From: Candidatus Woesearchaeota archaeon
Lineage (GTDB): Archaea > Nanobdellota > Nanobdellia > Woesearchaeales > ARS49
Assembly: GCA_038868995.1 (NCBI GenBank)
Contig: JAWCRZ010000004.1
Location: forward strand, 4,967 to 68,966
DNA: 64,000 nucleotides
Direction of reading: 5' to 3'
Part shown: positions 17,927 to 26,004 of the stretch, piece after piece
Layout: every line of letters starts with the position of its first letter
Position numbering within the stretch: the stretch's first letter is position 1
Program-made: the position numbers and the translations under genes
The notes under the pieces: generated by a model
Told to the model about the DNA's origin: nothing
What the model saw: the letters and a program-made list of their open reading frames with translations, nothing else
The model's database searches: none

Positions 17927-18832
17927 ATGAGACAGTTTGCAATTGTTCCAATTTTGATGCTTTTGTTCTTGGCAGCGTGCAAGGAGGAGCTGCCTCCAAG
18001 CCCCCCGCCGCCTGGTGGAGAGGTTGGAAGGGCTATTGCTGGCATGGCTGCAGGCATGCCTGCCTGGGCTTCCGAAGCGAAAAATGTTGCGGTAACTCCG
18101 GAGGAAGCGTTTTTCAACGATGGAATAATAGTGTCCGTAGGAAACTTTGACTATATCTATTCCAATGGGTATGTTTTTAATTCAAAAACAAGGACGTGGG
18201 AAAAGTTTTCATTGCAGGGCGAGAAGGTTGATGCCTGGCTGAAAAACACTGCTATCGGCAGCGTGACTGTTGATTCTGCGCGTTTTGCTGAAGGAAACAA
18301 TTATGTCGTCGTTTATGCCTGTTCAAAGGTTGCTGGCAAGTGGGACTGCAATGATAAGAAATGGATGCTTGCAAAATTTACAGTCAGGGGAAGCGCTACA
18401 GGCCGGATTCCCGAGATGGCGAATATTGACCAGTTTGTGATTAATGCCCCAATCAATCCATTTACAGTGATGTCGACTTTGGCTGAAAAGGACAACTTTG
18501 GAGACGTTAACGTCATCCGCTATGATGCAAAGTACCGCGAGACAGCTAAGAGAGGTCTTGTTGTTCTTGTGCACGTGTTTGACTTTAACAACAGACAGGA
18601 TTTGGACAAGTCGTTGCAGGCATTCTTCAAGGACATAATAAATAACGGCTGGAAGCAGCACGCAGGCCATAATCTTGCTTTGTTCCTGTCAACAGACGAC
18701 CATCGGATTGCTGTTTGGTCAAGTGGCAAGGTCATTGTTTATGTTGAAACTTTTGAGGCGGAAAGTGCCAACAAGGAGATTATTGAGGCGTACTTGAAAA
18801 AGTATCCTTCTGATTTGAAAAAGATACCATGA
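17927..18832 (+). CDS. Putative lipobox-anchored secreted protein
   Basis: The signal peptide ends in LAAC (lipobox-like) followed by PPSPPPPG. Its N-terminal domain is paralogous to that of the next gene. Confidence 0.7.
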   Translation: MRQFAIVPILMLLFLAACKEELPPSPPPPGGEVGRAIAGMAAGMPAWASEAKNVAVTPEEAFFNDGIIVSVGNFDYIYSNGYVFNSKTRTWEKFSLQGEKVDAWLKNTAIGSVTVDSARFAEGNNYVVVYACSKVAGKWDCNDKKWMLAKFTVRGSATGRIPEMANIDQFVINAPINPFTVMSTLAEKDNFGDVNVIRYDAKYRETAKRGLVVLVHVFDFNNRQDLDKSLQAFFKDIINNGWKQHAGHNLALFLSTDDHRIAVWSSGKVIVYVETFEAESANKEIIEAYLKKYPSDLKKIP

Positions 18833-21800
18833 AAAGAATGGCTTTGGCTGTTTTGTTGCTTTTTTTGTTAGTTGCGTGTGCGGACGAGTTTCCTCCCAGC
18901 CCTCCTCCTCCGGGTGAAGAGCAAATTGCCGGCAGGGCGTACGGCGGCATTCCGATTTCTCCCGGCCAGCTGCCGAGATGGGCTGCCGAGATAAAATATA
19001 CTGATATCGACCCGACTCAGGTAAAAGCGGGCGATACTGTTAAAGTTGTTGTGACCAAGCCGTCGGCTGTCAAGACGAAGTTTTATGTGCACGCAATTGC
19101 GTACGCGTATAACAAGAAGTTCAAATTCTGGGAAAAAGTGTTTGCTGACACCGGGCAGAGTGGCAAGATTCTGAAAAACTGGGCTGATGAAAAAGCAATG
19201 TTCAATATTCCCATTTCAACTGACCGTTTTCTTCCAGGCCCTAATTATGTCGTTATTTACTGGTGCATTGATACCGAAAAGCGTGACGACAAGGGCTTTA
19301 AGATTTGGGACTGCCAGGGCAACAAGTGGCAGCTTGGCTCGTTTGAGATGCTCGGCGTCCAGTATCCTGATATCTTGATTGAGAAGGATATCGAGAATAA
19401 CAGGTATAAGTCGTCCAGTAAAGTTGATGATGCCCTTGGACAGGTCTATACTGCCAGTTATGAACATTTGAATGGAGTCAAGACAGATGTAAGTGTGCTC
19501 GTTGCGAAAAACGTTGAGGACTTCAAGAAAACTTTGGTGCCGCCAGAAGGAATTGCGAGCATTGAAGCGAAATGGATAAAGCGCGGCAATGTGTGCGGCT
19601 TCCTCGAATCTATTGCTGGCAAAGTGATGTTTGGGTGGTTGTCTGGCGGTAACTGGATTACTGTAACAACGTATTCCAGCACTGTTGATGATGCAAAAAT
19701 CGGCGTTTACGGCATAAAGTATCCGTCTGATTGTGATTTGCTGAATAAGCTGAAGGCAATGGCGCCGCCGCCCGTGTCCCTGTGTGGCAACGGCAAGGTT
19801 GACATTCCTGAACAGTGTGACGGTTCTGATGACTCTGCCTGTCCGGGCGCGTGCAGGCCTGATTGCACTTGTATGCTTGTTGGAGATGCAAACTTTGGCT
19901 TCTGCGGGGACAATATTATTCAAAAGCCGAACAAGGACGGTGTTACTGAGGATTGCGAGCCGCCTGGCAGCCGTGACCCTGTGACTGGACAATTAATTTC
20001 CTCGGCGTGCTTCCTGAGAAATGCGCTCGGCCAGATTACAGGCCTTGGCGCTTGCGATGACAAGTGCAAATGTATTGATGCAACTTTCATCAAGTCGGCG
20101 TGTGGCAATGGAAAGGCAGAAGCGGGTGAGCAGTGCGGTGATACCGGAACTCCCGGCTGTGCTGCTGGGAATATGTGCGTGAATTGCAAGTGCGTTCCTG
20201 TTCCAAATAATTGCGGCAATGGCGCGAAGGATGCCGGCGAGCAGTGCGATCCTGGCGTGCCTGGTGCTCCGTGCCCTGCAGGCCAGATGTGCTCTGCAAA
20301 CTGCCTGTGCGTGAAGGGTCCCCAGTGCGGGGATGGCAAGGTGACTCCTCCTGAGCAGTGCGAGAAAGCTGCTGATTGTCCTAACGGGCTGCCCGGCACT
20401 TTCAAGGCGTGTCTTGCTTGCGGTTGCGCTTACTTTGGCTGGCCGGCAGGCGGCTGTGGCGACGGCAGTGTTGACAAGGCAGCGGGCGAGGAGTGTGAGA
20501 AAGACCAAGACTGTGCCAACCCTCCGGGTGGTATTGTGAGCCCGTTGTGCAACAAGCAGACGTGCAAATGCAACAAAGTCTGCGGCGACGGCAAAATTGA
20601 CGCTCCAAATGATGAAGTTCCTCCAAAGAATGAGCAGTGTGATCCTCCTGGAAAGCCGGGGGTTTGCCCGCCTATCCGTTTGCCCGATGGCGGTTGTGCT
20701 ATTCCGTTGTGTCAGAATGACTGCACGTGTCCTGCTGGTCAGCCGTGCCCTCAGCCGGTTGGCTGTGGAAATGGAATATTGGAGGCGGGCGAGGAGTGTG
20801 AAAAGCCGGGCGACTGGTGCGGTTGTGCTATTGGCGCTGAGACTGTGGAGTGCTTGATATGCGATTCTGCCTGCAAGTGTGGTCCTGCAAAGGCAGACAG
20901 TCCGTGCAGGAAGGCAGGTGGAAACGATTGCGGTCCTGTGCATGGCGTAACTTATGAAGGCCAGACAGGCACATTCTATACGTTGGGCACGCGTTATCCG
21001 ATGTTTGACAATTCGAATGCTGTTGCCGGCGACTTGTCATTTAAGGGAACGCAGTGTGGAGAGGTCTGCGTTTCCACGGTTGTCAAATTGGGCGCGGTTG
21101 ACACGGATGGCAGTGATGTGAGAAAGGACGGTTCTTGTTATTATGTTTCACAGGCGTCTGCAATAAGCGCGACTGGTCAGTTTTCTGCGAACGCGGTGGT
21201 GGGTGTTGGTACGACAGCTGATGTAACGTCGCCTTCACCAACACCTTTAGTTGCAAAATATTATACCATCACAAAAGTTAAATCGGCCTGCATAAGTGCT
21301 ACGCGGGTTTCCGAGCCGGTTGTTCGGGATAAAAAATGCATTCTGCGCACGATGGACTGTCCTTCAGGCACTGTGTGCAGTGATGCCGCTTCAGGTGCTG
21401 CTTGTGTTCCTGTTGCTGCTACACCTGTGCCGTCTCCTACGCCCACGCAAGTCGTTCAAAAATATGTCTGGACGCCGAGCGAGTGCTCTTTTGGTGCTTG
21501 TCCGAGCATTCATTGCACGACTGAAAATGCTGGCTATGAATGCCCGTTCAACGCATGGGGTTCTTCGTGCACCAAAGCGCTTGCAACTTATTACACGTTG
21601 GGTACAAAGCTGACCTGCCTGCCTGGCACGCCTTCATATTCGCCTCCCGTGACTGAAAGTTTATCATCTCAGATTGTTTCCGGAACTTACGGCTGCCGGG
21701 CGTCGACTGCAAATTGTTTCAGTTATTACACTGGCGGGATGCGGGCGACAGCGTGCAATACTTGTTATGCTGGCTGCTGTGTCACTTACAGCTGTTCAAC

Positions 21801-21999
21801 AACCTTTCAACTTGTTGAGCAGCGGAGCCCGGCTAATTGCGTGCTTTCCAGCCCCACCGGCAGTGCAGTTGTAGGACATGCGGTTTTCAATGAGGCGCGT
21901 GAAGTTGTTGCTTCAAAGGGCATCCAGATTGCCTTGTTTTTGATTGCTGCAATTGGGATTTTGCTGATTACCCTGCTGAATTTTGTGCATAAGGAGTGA
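18829..21999 (+). CDS. Large (1056 aa) surface protein: lipobox signal, conserved N-domain, eight Cys-rich repeats, Cys-rich C-region, C-terminal TM anchor
   Basis: The signal ...LLVAC is followed by PPSPPPPG. There are eight CG[ND]G...[EQ]C units. The C-terminal TM helix is IALFLIAAIGILLITLL. An ATGA overlap joins it to the upstream gene. Confidence 0.85.
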   Translation: MKRMALAVLLLFLLVACADEFPPSPPPPGEEQIAGRAYGGIPISPGQLPRWAAEIKYTDIDPTQVKAGDTVKVVVTKPSAVKTKFYVHAIAYAYNKKFKFWEKVFADTGQSGKILKNWADEKAMFNIPISTDRFLPGPNYVVIYWCIDTEKRDDKGFKIWDCQGNKWQLGSFEMLGVQYPDILIEKDIENNRYKSSSKVDDALGQVYTASYEHLNGVKTDVSVLVAKNVEDFKKTLVPPEGIASIEAKWIKRGNVCGFLESIAGKVMFGWLSGGNWITVTTYSSTVDDAKIGVYGIKYPSDCDLLNKLKAMAPPPVSLCGNGKVDIPEQCDGSDDSACPGACRPDCTCMLVGDANFGFCGDNIIQKPNKDGVTEDCEPPGSRDPVTGQLISSACFLRNALGQITGLGACDDKCKCIDATFIKSACGNGKAEAGEQCGDTGTPGCAAGNMCVNCKCVPVPNNCGNGAKDAGEQCDPGVPGAPCPAGQMCSANCLCVKGPQCGDGKVTPPEQCEKAADCPNGLPGTFKACLACGCAYFGWPAGGCGDGSVDKAAGEECEKDQDCANPPGGIVSPLCNKQTCKCNKVCGDGKIDAPNDEVPPKNEQCDPPGKPGVCPPIRLPDGGCAIPLCQNDCTCPAGQPCPQPVGCGNGILEAGEECEKPGDWCGCAIGAETVECLICDSACKCGPAKADSPCRKAGGNDCGPVHGVTYEGQTGTFYTLGTRYPMFDNSNAVAGDLSFKGTQCGEVCVSTVVKLGAVDTDGSDVRKDGSCYYVSQASAISATGQFSANAVVGVGTTADVTSPSPTPLVAKYYTITKVKSACISATRVSEPVVRDKKCILRTMDCPSGTVCSDAASGAACVPVAATPVPSPTPTQVVQKYVWTPSECSFGACPSIHCTTENAGYECPFNAWGSSCTKALATYYTLGTKLTCLPGTPSYSPPVTESLSSQIVSGTYGCRASTANCFSYYTGGMRATACNTCYAGCCVTYSCSTTFQLVEQRSPANCVLSSPTGSAVVGHAVFNEAREVVASKGIQIALFLIAAIGILLITLLNFVHKE
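19783..20880 (+). repeat. Eight tandem Cys-rich protein repeats (CG[ND]G-x5-12-[EQ]C ... C-x-C)
   Basis: The units start at aa 319, 359, 425, 462, 500, 543, 585 and 646. Examples are CGNGKVDIPEQCD, CGNGKAEAGEQCG, CGNGAKDAGEQCD, CGDGKVTPPEQCE, CGDGSVDKAAGEECE and CGNGILEAGEECE. Each ends in a CxC (DCTC, KCKC, NCKC, NCLC, ACGC, TCKC, DCTC, ACKC). Confidence 0.8.
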
Positions 22000-22089
22000 A
22001 GTTTTATTCTTGTAATGCTCAACGTTGCTGTATTTGATATAACAAGCTTTTGCCATATTTTACTCGCTGACGAAGAAAGGAAGTTAAGG

Positions 22090-22229
22090 GGTTAAGTCAG
22101 GTTTCTGGTGCTAACTTGCCTTTGGTCCTCTGGACTCATTTTTCTCTCCTCCTCGCAAATGCGGAGGAGAGAAAAATGATTTCAGCGAAGCTGAGGCAGA
22201 GCAGCCAGCACCATTGAGTTGACAGCACC
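22090..22229 (-). mobile_element. MITE copy 3 (reverse orientation), the best-preserved copy
   Basis: 140 bp, with a perfect 9-bp direct repeat AAGTTAAGG at 22081-22089 and 22230-22238. It has a perfect 14-bp central stem, TTTTTCTCTCCTCC / GGAGGAGAGAAAAA. Confidence 0.9.
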
Positions 22230-22244
22230 AAGTTAAGGAAAACT

Positions 22245-22252
22245 TTATAAAA
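22245..22252 (+). promoter_or_regulatory. Putative TATA box (TTTATAAA); the downstream gene looks leaderless
   Basis: The centre is about 26 nt upstream of ATG 22274. It lies 6 nt after the MITE target-site duplication. Confidence 0.45.
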
Positions 22253-22273
22253 AGGCGTTCAGCGCTGTGAATT

Positions 22274-22564
22274 ATGGCAGAGCATTTTATGGGCGCGTTT
22301 TTTGTTATCGCAATAATACTGTTCAGCATTGCTGGTGCTGGAACAATACTGAAATTTACTGAGAGCAGGCGTGAGTGCAGCACCAACAGCGAGTGCGGCA
22401 ATGGCTATTGTGGAAGTGATTTCAAGTGCCATCCTTTTCCGGTTATTGAAAACACGATTGTGAAGAATGACTGGACCACTCCGTCCGCGATTCTTGGGCT
22501 CGCTATTGTTTTTGCTGCCATGATTTTGAGAAGAAGGCAGCAGCCGCCAAGGCAGTTTTACTGA
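22274..22564 (+). CDS. Small two-TM protein with a Cys-rich loop
   Basis: TM helices at both ends flank the loop CSTNSECGNGYCGSDFKC. Confidence 0.5.
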   Translation: MAEHFMGAFFVIAIILFSIAGAGTILKFTESRRECSTNSECGNGYCGSDFKCHPFPVIENTIVKNDWTTPSAILGLAIVFAAMILRRRQQPPRQFY

Positions 22565-23799
22565 TATGATGCAAGGTCTGCCTGCGTGGCTTTTTTCTTG
22601 GCTTCTTCTTTGTGCGCAGCGCCTTCAAATAATGGAATTCCATACGCGCCGTCATAGCCGGGTTTCCATTTTACTGAGCAAACGCTTGATATCGCAGTTG
22701 CTATTTTTTCATCAGTGTGCTTTGCGAGTTCTTCCTTTTTTGCAGACAATGCACTTAATTCATTTCCAAATGCATTGACCAGTTTGAAATATTCTGCCCA
22801 TGTCTTCTTGCTTGCAACAGTGCCTCCTGTCACGTGCGCAATGATTTCTGAGAGTGGGATGAGGTTTCGGTATGGTTTTGCGCTTGCCGGCTTTTCTTGC
22901 TGGTCAGCTAATTCTTCCACTCTGCTCGCAACTCCCACCGTGACTTGTTTCCTGCATTGAGGGCATGTTTTTTTCATCGCCAGGCTCTCCGCTGGAGACA
23001 GGCACGTTCCGCAGTTTCTGTGCCCGTCAAAGTGGTATTTGCCTTCTTCAGGGTAGAATTCCAGAGTTTCAACAATGTTGTTTTCCCTGATTGCGCGTAT
23101 GAGTTCTGCATAGCTGAGTTCTTTCATGTCAAAAACAGTTGCTTCCCTGCCGATTCTCCACGGGTATGCGGAATGGCTGTCCGAGCTGCTGATAAGCGTT
23201 ATATTGTTAAGTTGTTTCAGCCGCCAGTTCATGCTTGGGTCGCTGCTTAGCCCTGTCTCTATCGCGCGTATGTTTTTTGTCCGGTCTTTGAAGCAATCCT
23301 GCAGTGAGTTGAAGCCGGACATGCTGCCGAATACGCTGAACCAGGGCGTCCAGGCGTGCGCGGGTATTATTTCAATGTCATCGCTTATTTTTTTCAAATT
23401 GTCGACAAAGTCAGGGCAGGGGATGTTGAATATTGGCCTGCCGTCGTAATCAAGCCGTCCTTTTTTGCCCAAGTATTCGATTATTTGGTCTGCAATTTCA
23501 AAGTTTGGCGCGAGCACGACGTTATGCACTCGCCTTCCTTTTCCGTCTTGTGTATAGATAAGCGAGATTTCTGTCTGGAGAACAAAGGGATATCCTGTTT
23601 TCGTCATCAATATGCCTTTTCCGTTATCTGTAAGCTCCTTTTTGAGTTCTGCAAGCCATTTTGGATGCTGAAAGTCTCCTGTGCCGAGTAAAGTGAGTCC
23701 TTTGAGCCGGGCGTATTTCTCCAAATTCTGCAAAGTTATGCTTTTGCTGCAGGCCCTTGAGAATTTGCTGTGCAGGTGCAGGTCCGCTATGACGTTCAT
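22558..23799 (-). CDS. endoQ: Endonuclease Q-like PHP-domain nuclease with a zinc finger
   Basis: It has ADLHLHSKFSRA, GTGD, PAHAWTPW, ETGLSSD, SDSHS...IGREATVF, GKYH, CPQCRK and GVASRVEELAD. This is collinear with the Pyrococcus EndoQ architecture as I recall it. I prefer ATG 23799. Confidence 0.8.
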   Translation of the reverse strand: MNVIADLHLHSKFSRACSKSITLQNLEKYARLKGLTLLGTGDFQHPKWLAELKKELTDNGKGILMTKTGYPFVLQTEISLIYTQDGKGRRVHNVVLAPNFEIADQIIEYLGKKGRLDYDGRPIFNIPCPDFVDNLKKISDDIEIIPAHAWTPWFSVFGSMSGFNSLQDCFKDRTKNIRAIETGLSSDPSMNWRLKQLNNITLISSSDSHSAYPWRIGREATVFDMKELSYAELIRAIRENNIVETLEFYPEEGKYHFDGHRNCGTCLSPAESLAMKKTCPQCRKQVTVGVASRVEELADQQEKPASAKPYRNLIPLSEIIAHVTGGTVASKKTWAEYFKLVNAFGNELSALSAKKEELAKHTDEKIATAISSVCSVKWKPGYDGAYGIPLFEGAAHKEEAKKKATQADLASYQ

Positions 23800-23821
23800 G
23801 GGTGTTTTCGTATAAGATATC

Positions 23822-23829
23822 TTTTTATA
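23822..23829. promoter_or_regulatory. Single shared TATA element (TTTTTATA / TATAAAAA) between divergent, apparently leaderless genes
   Basis: The centre (23825.5) is 26.5 nt from ATG 23799 on the minus strand and 26.5 nt from ATG 23852 on the plus strand. Confidence 0.4.
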
Positions 23830-23851
23830 CTTTTGTATGCGTGAATGGTGC

Positions 23852-24304
23852 ATGGCCAGGATGCGGAAAAGGGTGGCTGAGTTTGTCGGCTTTCAGGTCG
23901 CGAGCTGGATTGCGCACGTTTTCTATTTTGCAGGACTGACTGCTCTGATTCCTTTGATGCCGCTGGTGCTTTCACCGGAGCGTTTTGTGCAGGCGCGCTA
24001 TGCGTTCGGCGTTGCGGTTGGCTCGATTGTGCTTGGATTTGTGTTGATATTCTGGTTTTCAAAATCACGCAGGAATGCTTTCCGAAGCATGGGAATGTTT
24101 ACTCTTATTCCAGGCCTGCTGGCGGTTGCTTTCGCTTTTATGGGCCCTCGCAGGATAAGCGAGTTTTTGGGAATGTTTGGCAAGGTGACGCCTTTGCTGA
24201 AGCAATGGATTGACTCGTATGTTCCAAAGGCCTGGCTGCTCGCCGGAATTTACATTATTTTGGGAGTCATTCTGGTCTGGCTTGGCGAGAAAGCAAAAAA
24301 GTGA
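23852..24304 (+). CDS. Polytopic membrane protein, hypothetical
   Basis: It has four predicted hydrophobic helices. I chose ATG 23852 from the TATA spacing. ATG 23837 is also possible. Confidence 0.5.
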   Translation: MARMRKRVAEFVGFQVASWIAHVFYFAGLTALIPLMPLVLSPERFVQARYAFGVAVGSIVLGFVLIFWFSKSRRNAFRSMGMFTLIPGLLAVAFAFMGPRRISEFLGMFGKVTPLLKQWIDSYVPKAWLLAGIYIILGVILVWLGEKAKK

Positions 24305-25307
24305 TTTCTTTTCTAAGTTTGTCAATGCCGGTGCCTTTTTGCGCGCTGATTTCTATTGCGTGCTTGTATGTAGCGCCTGTGTCTGCCTTGTTGGCAGCAA
24401 GGATTATTGGCCTGTCAAACGCGTTTTTTATTTCTTGAAGAAGGTTCTGCTGTTCTTTTAATGTGTAACCGCACGTTTCTGTCGGGTCGATTACAAAAAC
24501 AATTATAGTCGCCACGTGCTTCAATGCAAGTATTGCCTGCCGCTCGATGGGATTTCTTTTTTCAAATGGCCTGTCAAGCAGTCCTGGCGTGTCGACATAC
24601 TGATTGCCGTTTGCGTCATAGCCAAGATTTAATGTTTGCGTGGTGAAAGGATAGTGTGCTGTTTGCGGCTTGCTGCCTGTCAATGCCGCCAAAAGCGTGC
24701 TTTTTCCTACATTCGGGGCGCCGGCAATAACTATCGTGTTGACTTTTGTCCTGAGCGCAGGGTATTTCTTCATTATTTTACGGCATTCCTCAAGATAGGC
24801 AAGGTTTTCCTTGATTTGCCTCATTACAGAGCTTGCCCTTCCTGAAAAGGCAGTTCGCAGCTTGTTGTACTGCCCGAGCTTGCGTGCAGAAGAAAGCTCT
24901 TTGGTGTACTTGTGCAGCAATCCTGTTATTTGCCGTTTTGCCCACGCAAGTGCTCCCTGGCTTTGTTTCAGCATTGCATAGTCAAGCGTGCACTTGACAA
25001 GCTCCTGGTAGAATGGTGCAAGTTGGTCGAATGAGGGAAAACTTCTGCCAATAAAGTCAAGGTTTTTGATTAATGACTTGCCCATTGCCTCTATGCGTGC
25101 CATTTCAATGCGCCTGCTTCTGATAAGCTTGTTCGGGCTTGTTGTCTGCTTGCGTGCCTCTGTTGCTGCCGCTATGCCGTTCTTGAACGCCATGTCAAGC
25201 AGTTTCTGGTAGTCCTCTACTTTGCCGAGTCCTTGCAAGTTCATGCCAGCAGAAAACTGGATTGGGTTTTTTAAATGTAGTGGCTTGCACGTCTGCTGAG
25301 CGAGCAC
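24267..25307 (-). CDS. NOG1-family GTP-binding protein (archaeal ribosome-biogenesis-type GTPase)
   Basis: It has a helical N-domain, then G1 GAPNVGKST, G3 DTPG and G4 NKAD. Confidence 0.85.
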   Translation of the reverse strand: MLAQQTCKPLHLKNPIQFSAGMNLQGLGKVEDYQKLLDMAFKNGIAAATEARKQTTSPNKLIRSRRIEMARIEAMGKSLIKNLDFIGRSFPSFDQLAPFYQELVKCTLDYAMLKQSQGALAWAKRQITGLLHKYTKELSSARKLGQYNKLRTAFSGRASSVMRQIKENLAYLEECRKIMKKYPALRTKVNTIVIAGAPNVGKSTLLAALTGSKPQTAHYPFTTQTLNLGYDANGNQYVDTPGLLDRPFEKRNPIERQAILALKHVATIIVFVIDPTETCGYTLKEQQNLLQEIKNAFDRPIILAANKADTGATYKHAIEISAQKGTGIDKLRKEITFLLSRQARPE

Positions 25308-25398
25308 CTTTGCAGGCGTGCAAGCCGGTTTTTTTGAAGGGGTTTGTATTAATTGGTGTATCGACGTGAAAATTGGAAAGTTTCTGAAGAAGCCCGGA

Positions 25399-26004
25399 TT
25401 AATCTTTGACCGTTCTTATTACTGCTTTGTTGCTGTAGCCGACAGGGGTTTCTCCTGCGTAAATTGTAAAGTACGCAATATAGTCCTTTGCTGCCATTCC
25501 TCCTATGTACTCGTCAAACTGGTAGCCGCGTGCAAAAGTAACGTATTTGTCCTGGTAGACGAGCGGAACAACTTCACATGCCGGCGCTGCCGGCACTTTG
25601 TAGTATTCTGCGCATAAGACAACTCGCATATGTGAGACAGGGTTTTCAAAATATGGCCCGAAGCTGCCAGCAAATGTTTTGATGTTTTTTTCTTTCACAG
25701 GTATGTAGTTCAGTCCTTCTGCGTAGCGGGTTGACGGCGGCACTCTGATGTCGTTTACCCAGAAGTTTACTTCTGCAGGCAGTACTTTTTCTATTTCTAT
25801 GCCTGGCGCTGGCGTTTTAAGTTCTGGCGCGCGCGGGGTTTGCTCGCCAATTATTACAGGTGTGGCGCGCGGGGTGATGACTTGGGGCTTTTCTGGTGTC
25901 GGTTGAGCTGGGACTGTAAATGTTGCTGGCTGTCGTGTTGCCGTGTATACAAGAAGGACTATCACTAATATCAGCAGTATTGTTATGATTGCGGTTTTAG
26001 CCAT
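25399..26004 (-). CDS. Module B4: N-terminally anchored protein with a Pro-rich linker
   Basis: It has a TM helix (AIITILLILVIVLLVY), a P/T-rich spacer and a globular domain. It overlaps B3 by 8 nt. Confidence 0.55.
   Translation of the reverse strand: MAKTAIITILLILVIVLLVYTATRQPATFTVPAQPTPEKPQVITPRATPVIIGEQTPRAPELKTPAPGIEIEKVLPAEVNFWVNDIRVPPSTRYAEGLNYIPVKEKNIKTFAGSFGPYFENPVSHMRVVLCAEYYKVPAAPACEVVPLVYQDKYVTFARGYQFDEYIGGMAAKDYIAYFTIYAGETPVGYSNKAVIRTVKD

Noticed and set aside
19216-20943. Long minus-strand ORFs (258 aa and 316 aa) inside the 1056-aa surface-protein gene
   Set aside because: They are antisense shadows of a Cys/Gly/Pro-rich gene. Their translations are R/T/A/H-rich with no start context or motifs, while the plus-strand frame has a signal peptide, repeats and a TM anchor.
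22111-22401. ORF-track entries spanning MITE copies (22111..22401, 49702..50001, 49857..50114, 49952..50170, 51885..52235)
   Set aside because: They translate the repeat itself (for example ...PPHLRGGEKNESRGPKAS) in different frames and orientations at different copies. The element is non-coding.
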